Notes under the pieces: model-generated
Seen by the model: only the letters and a program-made list of their open reading frames with translations
Databases searched by the model: none
What the model was told of the DNA's origin: nothing
Assembly: GCA_050084985.1 (NCBI GenBank)
Contig: JBITNC010000001.1
Span: 2,108,001-2,172,000 of the forward strand
Reading direction: 5' to 3'
DNA length: 64,000 bases
DNA from: Nageia nagi
Taxonomy: Eukaryota > Plantae > Pinophyta
Program-made: the position numbers and the translations under genes
Part shown: one piece after another, positions 1 to 13,050 of the stretch
Numbering within the stretch: the stretch's first letter is position 1
How the letters are laid out: each line of letters starts with the position of its first letter

Positions 1-3000
1 TACCTGTCTTGTATTTTTTATTTTTTTCTATGTTGAACCACTGTGTGAGTTACCTGAGCCATTCTTTGATTGATTTTTTGGTTGTTCCTCTACCTCATCT
101 GCCTCAATATATTCTGGAAAATTTTCATTATTGTCTTTTGAAGGTACTCTTAGTTCATCAATCTTGACATCCGCACTCTCAACAATTTTTCTAAGTCTTT
201 TATTGTAACATTTGTAAGCCTTCCTTTTTATTGAGTAACCAAGAAATATACCTTCATCCGCTCTATCATCGAACTTACCAAGATTTTCTTCCGTCCTCTT
301 GATGTAGCACTTACTCCTAAATACTTTGAAGTATTTTGTTGATGCCTTTTTACCGAACCATAATTCATAGGGTGTCTTATTCTCATGGGGTCTTAACATA
401 CATCTATTCTGAATATAAACCGCTGTGTGGACTACTTCTTTCCAAAACCTGTCAGCTATGTGGCTTTCTGTCAACATTATTCATGCCATTTCTTAAACTG
501 ACCTATTTTTTCTTTCTACTACATCATTTTGCTGAGGTGTTCTTGCTGCTGAAAACTGTCTCCTGATACTATACTCATGACAAAATTCATTAAAATCATC
601 TGAAATGAATTCACCTCCTCTATCTGATCTTAAACATTTTATTCTTCTTCCAATCTAATTTTCTACCAGGTTCTTGAAGGTCTTAAATTTTTCAAGTGCT
701 TCTGACTTGTGTTTCAAGAATAGTATCCATGTCATCCTAGAATAATCATCTATACATAGCATGAAGTACCTATCCTCATTTAAACTTTGTGTTCTCATAG
801 GACCACACAAATCAGTATGAACAAGCTCTAATGGTTTGTTGGAATAGTATTCCTTTGTCTTGAAAGTGGATCTAGTGAGCTTGCCCTTTTAGCATGAAGA
901 ACAAATACTACTTGGTAGTTTTTTGATACTTAGTATATCTCGAACTGCTCTCTTTGAATAAATTTTAACTAAATTATCAAAACTGATGTGTCCAAGTCTC
1001 TTATGCCAAAGCCAATCTCCATCCTCCTTTCCAGAGTAGACATGATCCATTTGAAGTCTCTGTCAATGTATATAGATTTTTGGATGTCCTTGTACCAACT
1101 GCAACTAACCTGCCACTATTTGCTCTTCTGATTTCATATCCATGTTTCTTGAATATTACATCATGTCCTCTGTCATAAATATGACTAACACTCAGCAAGC
1201 TATGTTTCAACCCGATCACGAATAATACTTCTTCTGACTTGATCTTTCCATCATTAATCTTAACTGTACCTCTACCGATAATCTTTGCTCCATCATTATT
1301 GCCAAATTTTACTGATCCCCTTTCATGTTGTTCTAATTTTTCAAATCTTCTTTTATCCCCGATCATGTGGCTAGAGCAACCACTATCCAGTATCCAAGGA
1401 GCTAGTTTATTCTCTACTTTAAGAGCTATTTGTACTATTAGAGATTCTTTTTCATCTTTTGGTTGCTTCTTCTCTTTCCATATCTTCTTGATACCTATTT
1501 TAGATTCATGTATTGTATCTTCCTATTTATTTTGTTGTACCTATCTTTCTGGAATTTGTCTATTATATCTCATGTCTTATGACCGAAAAGATCTTTGCTG
1601 AAATTGATTTTGAAAAAATATGCTCCAGCAATTTCTTGCAGTATGACCATAGTTGTGACAATTATAACATTCTACAGCATAATCCATCAATGGTGCAAAC
1701 ATATTTCTACTTGAGAAATTCCTTGGACCTATATTATATTTGCATACAAAGATTCTATGTCCATACCCATTGCACTTAAAATAATAACCAGAAAAGGATT
1801 GAGTGAACCTGGGTTGTGGACTTTGCCACATTGCAGTAAGTGCTAGAAATCTTCTTCTTCTTTGATGTGCGACATGTGTAAATCTATCATTGTCTATATA
1901 CCTGTCATTCTAGTAGTATTATTTTGTTTTCTATGAAATGGTTGTTCTTGATTAACTGGTTTCTTTTCCTCTTTGATTTCTGATTTTTTATTTGCATCCT
2001 TGGAGGTTTGTTCTTCTTCAAAACTCAAACCAAATTTAATATTTATTGCTCTTTAGTTCTGTAAGATTTCATTTAGCTTTAAAGATTCTCCCTTAAGTTT
2101 ATGATACTCACTAATCTTATGACTCATCTCTTCCAATTGAAGATTCAATCCTGTAATCTCTGCTTCCAATTTGCTGCAGTACTCAACTTTAGTAGTGATT
2201 TATTCTTCAAGATCCTCAGTTGTTTTCCGTATTTCTTCCACCTGTACTTTTAAGCTTATAATAACTTCATTTGCATCATCAAGTTTTCGAGAAGTTTTTC
2301 GATATTTTTTCCTTTCTATCTCTAATTCTTTTAGAGCTGTAATTAATTCTTCTTCCAGATTAACTTCTGCTTCAACTTCTTCTTCATCAATTTCTTCTTC
2401 TAATTTTTGTTTCAATTCTAGTTTTTCTTCTTCAAATGCCATGAAGAGAGCTTCATCAACCTCTTCTTCTGAGCCTTCATTTGAACTGACTTCTGATGAA
2501 CTAATATTTTTAGAAATAAAACGTTTCTTCTTGAAATTACCTTTTCTGAAATTTGATTTTATCTTCCATCTATTTCTCTCTCTGTGCGAACTTTCATCAT
2601 CTTTGTTCTTCTCATTGTGTGGACATTTAGCTGCAAAGTGCCCTACACCTCCATAATTGAAACATTTAAATGGTAATTTTCCTCTATATTTACCTTTTAT
2701 TCCTTTCTTTAACTTACGAATAAAATTTGCTTCTAATTCATCAGATGTCTCTTCTTTATCAGATTCTGGCATTGCTTTTATTTTCTTCTTTGCTTTGAAA
2801 GCGGCTTCTCTGTCAATAGATTTTCCTTTTCCTATTCTCATTTCATAAGCACTTAGAGAACCATGCATTTCATCTATATTAAAAGTATTTAAATCTTTCG
2901 CTTCTTCTATGGCAGAAACTTTTGAATCAAATCTTTGCGGAAGTGAGCGTAATACCTTTTTCATAATAACTGCATCTTCAATCTTTTCTCCGAGGCCTCT

Positions 3001-3432
3001 AATCGCATTGGTTACTTCATTGACCCTTAGCATGTATGCTTCTATGTTTTCATCTTCATTCATGTTTAAACTCTCAAACTGCGCTCGGTGAGTTTGAAGC
3101 TTAGCCTCTTTTATCTTTATGTCTCCCTCATGAATGCTTTTCAGTTTATCCCATATTTCTTTTGCCGATTCATAATTCATCACTTTTACTAGCTCGTTGT
3201 CTACCAATCCGCACATGATAGCATTTTTAGCCTTCAAGTTATTTTCATATGCCTTCTTAGTAGCTGCATCTGTAATAGGCGTAGTAGGTGCGGTATAACC
3301 ATTTTTTGTGGCCTCTCAAATCTCATATCCCAAAGCACTAAGATATGTCTACATTCTGAGTCTCCAAAAAGAATAATTAGTGCCATCAAATAATAGAGCT
3401 TTATTTGAAGAAAACCCTTCAACTGAAGTCAT
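1..3432 (-). pseudogene. copia gag-pol: gag (UBN2-type), CCHC knuckles, protease, GAG-pre-integrase, integrase core, SH3-like region
   Basis: Motifs MTSVEGFSSNKALLFDGTNY, KKVLRSLPQRFDSKVSAIEE, CFNYGGVGHFAAKC, CYNCHNYGHTARNC, WILDSGCSSHMIGD, LELVHTDLCGP, KCLRSDRGGEF, KTPYELWFGK and GIFLGYS. Contains in-frame stops and frameshifts. Confidence 0.93.
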
Positions 3433-3482
3433 TGCGACACACCCAAGATCTCCCTAGCTGATTAAGCCGAAATAGAAACCTA

Positions 3483-3494
3483 GCTCTGATACCA
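3483..3494 (-). promoter_or_regulatory. Primer-binding site (tRNA-iMet) of the copia element
   Basis: Reverse complement TGGTATCAGAGC, 2 nt from the LTR end CAACA. Confidence 0.93.
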
Positions 3495-3496
3495 AT

Positions 3497-5475
3497 TGTT
3501 GAACTATGCGTGACACTGAGAGGGGGGGGTGAATCAGTGTTTCAATTTTAAAACTTTAAATCTAGAAACTTCAAATAGTGTAGTAGAGAAATAAAACCAA
3601 ATAGAGTAAGCACACCAAGATAGCAAACACACAATACAAGATATAACAAGGTTCACCAATGTGGCTACATCCCCGAAAAAGACTGCTTGGACTTCAATCC
3701 AAATCCATCCATTGTAAAGCACCAACTTTACACATAATTTATCAGTACCAACTGAAAGGAGCACCAACCCTAAGCTTTGCAGCACCCACTACAAGGAGCA
3801 CCAACTCCACTTGCCAAGCACCCACTTGATAGATTTAATAAGATGGAATGAAAGATTGATAACTAGTTACCCAAGACCCAAAATGGTCTAGCATAACACT
3901 TTTCTCACAAAATACAATCTAAATCATATTCTATTTTCTTTATGCTCATGCCAATAGCTCTCAATTCATCTATAATCTGAAACCCCTTTTAATTCATACA
4001 CATTTGCTTTAGATTCCTATCTACTGAAAAATGCTCAAAATCAGATCAAGAAACTGTTGCTCATATCACTGAAAGGGCTACCATTATTTTTCACTAAGAA
4101 AACTCCTCATATTCTGAATCAAAACTGATATAATTTCTCACAAACTTCTAGAACTTTCAACACTTATAGAATTATCAAAAAACATTTATTTTTGAGATAT
4201 CCATTACTCGTACATGCTTCACACACCTCTCAATAACAAACTACCCTGCCAAAACACAAACCCAGAAAAATCTGAATTTATTCGAACTGGTTGAAGATAA
4301 TACCTCGAATGCACTCAAAACGCATGTTCCATGTCCACATGGCACAAAATGGTATGACGAATTTCACATAGATGCCGAAAAAAAATTTCAAAGCTCGAAT
4401 TTGTCTTTTTATCTTCTCCTCTCTTGGTTTTTTTTTTTTTAAGTGTCACATGATAAAAGAACTCTTGAGCCTTAAATAGAAGTGCGATAACTGAGATATA
4501 AAATAAAAGGAAAGAGCATTTTTTCAAACCATACACACTATTCCTTTTTGCTTGTCACTTAAAACCATTATCGGCCAAAACTGGAAAATTAAGAAAAAAA
4601 AAAGCTCTAACAGCTTTTTCGATGAGCTATAACTTCTTACTGAGTCACGGTTTAATATGAAATTTGGACCACATGTTCTTCATATAACCAACTACATTCT
4701 ATCCAAATTTTAAGCTTTAACTCCTCATATTTTGCACACAGCACTTTTCGCAAAGTGGCCTTTGACACAGATTTCACAGGTATTTTGTTATGCTTGGATT
4801 TGTGTAAGTTATAGGTTTTCATAGTTCGAGGTCTCAAATCAAGATGGTTCAAAAGACAAAGTTGTTCATCTCATCAAGTTATACATGTACAAACTTTTAA
4901 ATTCTAAATTTGAAGACTTTTAGAGCCCAAAACAACCAACCTACTATTTCTAAAATTTATGCTCAAACAATCAAAAAGTTACGGAGTGGCATTTTGTAGC
5001 TTGTACCATTTCTTCCTCGATTATCATCTTGCTATGAAATTTGGACCACACCTTCTTGGTATATAGTACTATATATGATTTAAATTTAAACCTCTGATTC
5101 ATCACCATTTTCTTGCAATTCAAATTGTACGAAGCCAATTTTACATAAATTTCTGACTGCACCATAATCCATAAGAGTGCCCAAAACTGAACCAACATGA
5201 AATTTGACCATTCCAATGCTTCACACAAGTTTGTTATCAACCCAACAACTGATCCAAACCATCTCTCACTGTCTGTCACCTTCCATTTGTAATTTGGCCT
5301 CTTGATAACTTTTGGTACCTCATGACAACTTTTGGTCCCTTTATCGTTTTTGCATTCAACAACTTTGTAGATCTTGTCGATGTTATTTCTTTGACACGTG
5401 CAACCATATAAACCTTATGCACACTGATCTCATCGTGTTGAAAATAATGACAACACTGCTGCACCATACTCAACA
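3497..5475 (-). repeat. 5' LTR of the copia element (~1.98 kb)
   Basis: TGTTG...CAACA termini, adjacent PBS, C-rich ATTCACCCCCCCCTCTCAGTG motif near the 3' end. Gypsy coding sequence resumes exactly at 5476. Confidence 0.85.
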
Positions 5476-8070
5476 CTCAAGACATATAATAAAAGTGTCA
5501 TCTAACACATAATTGAACTTCAACAAGATGCCAAAACATATAGGAAAAAATAAAAGCCACTCAACCCAAAAATAGAAGAAGCCATGAAATAAGAATTGAT
5601 CAAGATACTTGAGTCAAAAATTATTTATCTTATCAAACATTCTTCTTGGGTTGTAAATCTAGTTCTTGTTAGAAAGAAAAATGGAGAAATCAGACTCTGT
5701 GTTGATTTTAGAAATTTGAATCAAGTGTCTCTCAAAGATAATTATCCTCTCCCACCTATGGAATAGATCTTACATATAGTAGTCGAAGCTTGCTATTTTT
5801 CAATGATTGATGGCTACCCAAGATTTAACCAGATTTGGATGAAAGATGAAGATCAATACAAAACTACATTTACAACCAAATGGGGGACATTTGCTTTCCA
5901 AAGAATGCCTTTAGATCTTTCTAATGCGGGAGCTACTTTTCAAAGAGTCATGGAACATGCATTTGGTGAAACAATAAATAACATTATCTTAGTTTATTTG
6001 GATGATATTCTAGTATTCTTTAAAAATAGAAAGGATCATATAGAACATCTCAGATAAGTTTTTGAAAAATGCATGAAATTTGACATTTCAATTAATTCAA
6101 AAAAATCTATTTTTATGGTTAACCAAGGAAAGTTACTTGGACACATTGTCTTAGAGGAGGGATTGGTAATTGATCCAAATAGAGTGAAAGCTATTGAAGC
6201 ATTACCACTCCCCTCCAATAAGAAAGCCTTGCATTCCTTGGTCAGATCAATTTTGTTAGAAAATTCATTAATGATTTTTCAAAAATTGTATCCCCAATCA
6301 CTTCAATGCTAAAGAAAGATGCTATATTCTCTTGGTTAAGTGAAGAAAAAATAGCCTTTAAAAAAAATAAAAAGGCTATAATAGAAGCTTCTATGCTTAA
6401 AAATTTTGATATGTCAAAATATTTCATCATGTATGCATATGGAATAGAAAGAAGCATTGTTGCAATTCTAGCACAGAAAGATGATAACAAAGAACATCTG
6501 ATTGCCCTTCATAGCCAAACATTGCATCAACACCAGAAAAGGTACTCATTTATTGAAAAATAAAAGTTTTACATAATGAACAAACTTAAAAAATTCAAGC
6601 ATTATGTCTCCCACAACAAAATCCTTGTATTTACTATCCATCTAGATGTAAGAAACTATGTTATACAAAGAGACTTAGGTTAAGGAAAGGCTAGTTGGAT
6701 TACTAAAATAATGGAATATGATATAGAAATTAAGCCAACCAAGTTGATCATAGGTAGGGTTTTATGTGAAAATATAGCTGAAGCTTTACATATGATTACT
6801 ATTATGGAGGATGAGTAGTAACTTAATGAAGAAAGTGATTAGATTAAGCAAGTTATTTTTTATTTTCAAACTGGTAAATATCCTGAATCTCTAGAAAGAT
6901 TTCAAAGTAAGAGATTCAAGTTGCATGCCCTAAATTTTGTGATGATAGATGACTATCTGTATAGAAATAACTTTGATCAAACCCTAAAATACCAAAAATA
7001 TTGCATGAATTTCATTATGGATTTTCTGACGAGCATTATAGTGGACCAACTATAGTAGCCAAGATATTACAAGCCAAATATTATTGGCCCACCATATTTC
7101 AAGATTCATTCAAGATTGATCAAGAATGTGATAAATGCAATAGATTTATGGAAAAAAGAAGGTAAGCTACTATGCCTCTTAAACCTATGATAGTTGAGGA
7201 ACCCTTTCAACAGTGGGTATGGACTTCATTGGTGTTATCATCCCAAATTCCTTAGTAGGCCACAAGTTCAACTTGATTGTAATATTACTTTACTAGATGG
7301 TTAGAAGCTATGCCATGTAAGAATGCAATCAATAAGTTATGATAAAAATGATCAAAAGGATAATCACTCGCTTTGGAATCCCATATACTATTATCTCTAA
7401 CAATGGCCCATAATTTATTGGAGGTAACTTGTCAAGCTTTGTTGTTAAATATGGGATGTATTGTTATTCTCTTAAAATTATTACACACAAGGTAATGGGT
7501 TAACTAAATTAACTAATAAAAACCTAACTTAGATCATCAAAAGAACAATTGAAGGGAATCATAGATAGTGACATACATAATTAGACTTTGCATTATAGGA
7601 AAATAGAATCAACATTAAATTAGCAATCAAAACATCCCCATATGCATTAGTATATGGTAAAATACCTATGTTGATAATACACATTGAGTTACCAATATTA
7701 AAAATCCTACAAGAAGTGGAGGACCATGACTTCGAGCCACTACAATCTAGATATACTTAGCTTTTGAAATTGGAGGAAGATCGAAACAAAGCATATGAGT
7801 TATTTTATCATTGTTAGTACATTTCCAAGAAATGGTTTAATAAGAATAAGTATTTTTGGGTGAAGTTTGAACTAGGTTACATTATCCTCGAATGGGATGA
7901 GGAGAGAGCAAAGCTCGAAAGATACTAAAAATTTGACTCTTTATGGAGTGGGTCATATATCATCGCTCAAGCCATGCAAAGTAATGCATTTAGGTTACAA
8001 GACATCATCGAGTCTTAGGAATTACCTATTCCTATTAATAGGATCTATTTGAAGTATTATCGAGTGATAA
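5476..8070 (+). pseudogene. Tat-group Ty3/gypsy pol: RT, RNase H, integrase with GPY/F-like tail; many stops
   Basis: KKNGEIRLCVDFRNLNQVSLKDNYPLP, YKTTFTTKWGTFAFQRMP, LVYLDDILVF, WITKIMEYDIEIKPTK, ILQAKYYWPTIFQD and KFDSLWSGSY. Confidence 0.92.
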
Positions 8071-8557
8071 GGTGATATTGTAATACCTGCAAGAAACTGT
8101 ATAGTGTACATAATTTTAAAAAAAAAATTAATGCTTGTACATCTTCTAGACATAGATTCTAAGAAAGTAGGTAGCTGTCAACTAAATAGAGTAGCATTTA
8201 AAGAAATATTTCCTTAGATGTCTCAAACCATTATACTATTATCCCAATTTAAAATTGATGTGCTCCAAGTTGACTTATCCAACTTGTTCGTACCCAATGT
8301 GTATGATGCATGGATATTGAGACCCTAAGCATTAGTTACCATTAATAAAAGTCTCACAAACCTTGGATGAATAAACATCTTGCATACCCTTCGACTCAAC
8401 ACTTAGCCATTTTTGAGCATACAAGTTTCTAGAGTGACTAGAGCTTATAGTTTGTAGAGCTGAGTTGAGTAAGGAGATATAGAGTTACAAGACCTTACAG
8501 AGAATGGATTATAAGTCCCAAATGCAAACTTGTTATTCTAAAAAGAGTGATGACACT

Positions 8558-10458
8558 ATGTCGACTTCCAAATCATCAACTCCAATTGAGATAGAATAAG
8601 TGGATACCAACTTGATAGCCAAACAAGAGGAATACCTTGAGAATTCTCAAGGGTGAAATCAACTAAGATGGGCATCATTAGCCACATTAATACATGGAGG
8701 ACTGACCCCAATCATATCCTTCTGCAATATATGAGTCCTAAAGTTGCTAAAAAAAGAAAATCATTAGGACACTCAAAGAGAGATATCATGATTGACCAGG
8801 GTCTAGCCTATTATGTGCCCTATGAATCATTCACTTACCTTGAGCTATTATATTTGGTGGCACATAGGCATAACCAACAAAGTTGTGAGATAGGAATGTT
8901 CAAGGACCAAGAGCAAGGAGGAAGAAATCAAAGCTAAAATTTGAAGTAAAATTGGACTACTCCCTTGATTATATTCTTTAAGTTGATTGGGCTTTCCATT
9001 TGAAGAAATACATTGATCTAAAAAGAGAAAAGAATGATTTCTATGGTAATGAAGATGAAATGATAAATTGGATTGATGAGAGATATCAAAAGAATAGAAC
9101 CACACAACTTTGGCCAAGCTATGAAATCACCCTATTTGAAAATAAGAGAGGTAAAGAGGTTTTATATACACTAGCAATCATTAAGAGGAAGAAAACCCAA
9201 ATAGAAGTAGATGAAGCCATGGTGCGTATGGCTTACAATATCATAGATTCACACATCTACTATGACTTGCCAACTTTTATTTCTAATAAGATAAAGATAT
9301 GTCTCTTTGAAATTAAAAAATTAGACTTCAAAAACTCTTTGTATCTTTGGTGGCTCTTGGCCATCAAAACCTTGACAAATTTATGGAGGTAGGGCTACCA
9401 ATTAATTTGATGAATTCAAGTACTGGACTAATATTGATTTATTTCAAGGTGTTAATCTTAAGCAAGTTGGATGGATCATATTACGAGTTCATGGATAAAT
9501 TCTATGAAATAATAGTGAATATTTCAATAGGAAGACACCCTAGTAGACTATGCAAGAGTGCTATGCAGGAGCTATAGGGAGGAAATAAAGTCAATGATAA
9601 GTGCTTTATCAAAGATTGCATTATGATTATGAGGTATGGGTATTTTGAAAAAATTTTTTCTTGCCTAAGTATGTAACCCCTCAACTATATTCCATAGATA
9701 TGGGCAAGCAAATATGTGCCATAAAGACCAAGTATGGATCTGAGGGTAGTTTTAAATCTATTGTAAATATACTAGCTTTAATTAAAAATTTCACTCTTTA
9801 GAAGTAGGTTGTAAATATAGTATAGTATAATTTATTGTACAAAATTTCAAACTGGATATGGTAGAAACCTTGTGGATGTATAACCCTTCAGAGGAGATGA
9901 AAAAAATAATAAGATCAAGCAAGAAGCACCTAGCCTTTGCCCATGAGTATAGACCAAGATAATTATATTTGAGAAGGATACAAGATATATGTGAACTCCA
10001 AAATTTGATGTTGAATATGGACATTAGTAAACAACAACTCACAACAGAGCTAGGATTTATTAACAAATTCTTTAATTCTTTAATTGAAATGAAAGCTCCC
10101 ATCTTATGGGAGGAACAAAATGTATAGGGTAGTGCTACCAGATGGGTAGCTAATAACATCTAATTCCTTGAACAATCCTTTTTTGAGAAATAAATCTCAA
10201 ACTTGCAATAGATAAATGTTCTCATCTAAGAAGCAATTACAAGGTTCCTACATGTTGGAAGGTTAAAGAATATTCTGATGGGTTTCAGAGCAGATACTAT
10301 GAAGATTCAAGCATCCCCTATTTTATCACAAGTTAACTATAAATAATTTAAGGATTTGAATAAGAAGATGCACCCTTTCCTCCCAGCAAAGTTGATTCCA
10401 TCACTTGAGACTCCTACCAAATCTACATATGAACAGGCCACTAGAAGTAGCAAGTAGT
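8558..10458 (+). pseudogene. Decayed accessory ORF 3' of integrase in the Tat-group element, function unknown
   Basis: Chain of collinear sense ORF fragments (8653-8937, 9000-9392, 9347-9577 and onward) between pol and the 3' repeats. No RT/INT similarity recognised. Boundaries approximate. Confidence 0.6.
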
Positions 10459-10861
10459 GGATCCTATTCTCTAGCAGGCTAAGACCCCAAGAGCCACCAA
10501 AAGATTCTATTATTTTAGAATTTCACTCTAAGTTGGGGTAACACACTATCATTCTTTTATTCTTTCATTCTTTTCAAAAAATTATTTTTATTCCAACTCC
10601 CTTCCCTTTAGCATGAAATCTGAGTCCATTAAATTTGTCTCTTCTATGGCCCTAAGTCTGAAGAATTTTGGCATTATCAACATCCAACTATTGTATATAT
10701 AATCTAGCTATTGTATGTATAAGTCCTTGTCTTTGATATTTTGCCTTGTAAATTTCTAGTCAAAGTCGATCGGGTGTTGTAATAACTCTCGAGGATTAAC
10801 CTTAAGTTGTATTAATAGTCAAATGGGGCAAGAACTATATGTGTAAAAGAATCAAGTTTGA

Positions 10862-10950
10862 GAGTTGTTGTAAATACAATATCTGGGAGTTGTAAATACA
10901 ATATATGGGAGTTGTTGTAAATACAATGTTTCAGGAGGAATTGTAAATAT
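10862..10950. repeat. Short tandem repeat, ~22-26 bp x4 (GTTGTAAATACAAT core)
   Basis: Seen directly. Confidence 0.8.
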
Positions 10951-10995
10951 AAGTCCAAGTTATGTTCAAATAATCAATGGGAGATACCTAGAAGT

Positions 10996-11258
10996 AAATA
11001 AAGCCCATCAATTTTCAATAATGACATCATCATTTTTGGCTAAAATCAGTGGGTCTTAGAATAAGTAATATCGGGTGATGATTCATGAAGATACCAAATA
11101 AAGTCCACTAATTTTGAGTGATGACATCAGAACTTTTGGCTAAAATCAACGTGTCCTGAAATAAGTATTAGCAATTGATGATTCATGACGATACCAAATA
11201 GATCCCATCGATTATGAGCGATGATGTCAGAACTTTTGGCTAAAATCAATGGGTATTA
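10996..11258. repeat. 100-bp tandem repeat, ~2.6 copies, in the 3' UTR of the Tat-group element
   Basis: TTTTGGCTAAAATCA recurs at 11034, 11134 and 11234. Confidence 0.9.
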
Positions 11259-11399
11259 AGAAGAGCCTAGATTATTAATAAAACTAGGAGAAAAGAAATA
11301 GAACCTACTAGACTAAGGTAAGAGTAATAGGTAAGAAGTAACACTTAGGTCCACTTGATCTTAAGTGTTTGATCCCCAAGGCCCTATTAATGTGTCAAA

Positions 11400-12345
11400 T
11401 TCAACTCAATTCCATGTAACAATGTTAGGTTCTTCTCAAACTAAGTTGATATATTGTTCACGACCTGATTACTCTATTCATTTAGAACTACAATATGGAT
11501 CATCAATGGTTATAGAAAAGTATATAGCTACTGATAGAACATAGTACCAGATTGTACCTATCAAATTGCAAATGAGTACTTATTCAATTAGCTACAGTAT
11601 CATATTCAATCAACTACAAGTCCAAAGAAGGAGTAGTTACAACATGTCAAGAGAATTGTGACTCAATGGATATGACTATTCAAAAATTGCAAATTCGCAA
11701 ATAGTCATGCTATTGGTACTTATTCACTATGTAATTTAACACAATTATAATATTTATTGTAAATAGTTTTCTTCGCTAGCTTCAATCAAGATGAATAATT
11801 ATGTATATTAATGATAGAAAATAATCCATTAGGGCATGTATATGTATAAATGGTGGACTATTAGAAATGAAGTCGATCGAGCATTTTAGCAAATTTGCCT
11901 AAGTCTATAAGATGCTTTCATGTATGATAATGCAAATAGATAATGCTTTGCCCTTTTGAAACAAGTGGTTGTTTATTGCTTTTGTGAATGTTATGTATGA
12001 GATGTTGTCTTAAGTTATGGTTGTGTATTGTGATTACAAGACCCCAAGGGTAAGATAGCTTGCTATTATTGATCTTGGGTATGGATTGTACCTATGTTTT
12101 AATGTTCAAGTTGTATAGTTCTTGGTTTAGTTTCATCTCAATTTGTTAATCTCTTTCCTATAACTCTTTACCTTCTTATCTCTTTCTTGTTATTTTAAAC
12201 CTTTATAATAGATAGGAAATGACCTATAACTAAGAGATTGAGTAAAAAGCCAACACAAGCATATTCCCCAACCTTCTACTCTTTCAAGGAACCTACTATT
12301 ATGGGCAATGGAGAACTCGACCATGCCAAACCCTTTGAGGTTACA
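11400..12345 (+). repeat. Probable 3' LTR of the Tat-group element (start uncertain)
   Basis: TATA-like TATAAAT near 11846 and an end GAGGTTACA at 12345, where strand composition switches abruptly. No partner LTR in the window. Confidence 0.4.
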
Positions 12346-12812
12346 TTAGACCAATCAACAAAATGAAACTAAAAGATTAAACATAACAAACAAACATGAT
12401 AACAAATACACAAAAGAGACAACATAAATGGTAATTAAAAAAAGTACAAACACATTAAGAAAGATAAACAAACAATTATAACAAAGTGTTAAAGGATGAT
12501 CAAATAATAAAAGGAAACAACTTATAATGATAAATAACACAAAATCAAGGAAAACAAGTTGCAATGCTGTCAAAATGCTACAATGATAGTGTGTAAAATG
12601 AGGCAAGAGCATGTGGGAAAGACACCCCTCAAAATACTTGATTTACACCTATCAAAATGAACACAATGATAAACATGATCAAAACACTACCACGATGCAA
12701 CAAAATTTAACCAAAACTAAAACAAAGTATAAGTGACACTTTTGAAAAAGTGAAACATTATGAAATTCAATGAATAATAACAAACAACCATCCCGATGAT
12801 TAAATAAATAGG

Positions 12813-13050
12813 TTTGATGATACAATAGGTGGTTGAACAATCTAAACATAGGATCAAATGATTCAAAAAATAGAGTCCATTTGACCTATATATGAAGTCC
12901 AAACCGGAGGTAGCTTATCAACTTGCAGCACTCCTTAGTGAGCACTGAAAAGGTGTCATTCTAAGTAGCCCCAAAAATGGCTTTCAAAAAGATAATAAAT
13001 GATGAGCTATGGACTTGAAACTTCACATGGAAATTGCATTTACAATGGTA
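12813..13050. repeat. 238-bp direct repeat, copy 1
   Basis: Matches 14150-14387 with 3 substitutions. Confidence 0.95.

Larger units (their letters stand above)
1..5475 (-). mobile_element. Ty1/copia LTR retrotransposon (5' part; runs off the left edge), degenerate
   Basis: Minus-strand order LTR-PBS-gag-protease-integrase. Inserted just upstream of the RT of a gypsy element, whose frame resumes at 5476 (LKTYNKSVI*HIIEL). Confidence 0.95.

Noticed and set aside
2171-2656. Ser/Phe-rich 161-aa ORF and similar antisense ORFs (e.g. 48829-49194)
   Set aside because: Shadow frames of TE coding sequence on the opposite strand.
5501-5507. TCTAACA as the copia LTR boundary
   Set aside because: Gypsy coding similarity extends back to 5476, and CAACA at 5475 gives a perfect terminal inverted repeat matching the related LTR start.
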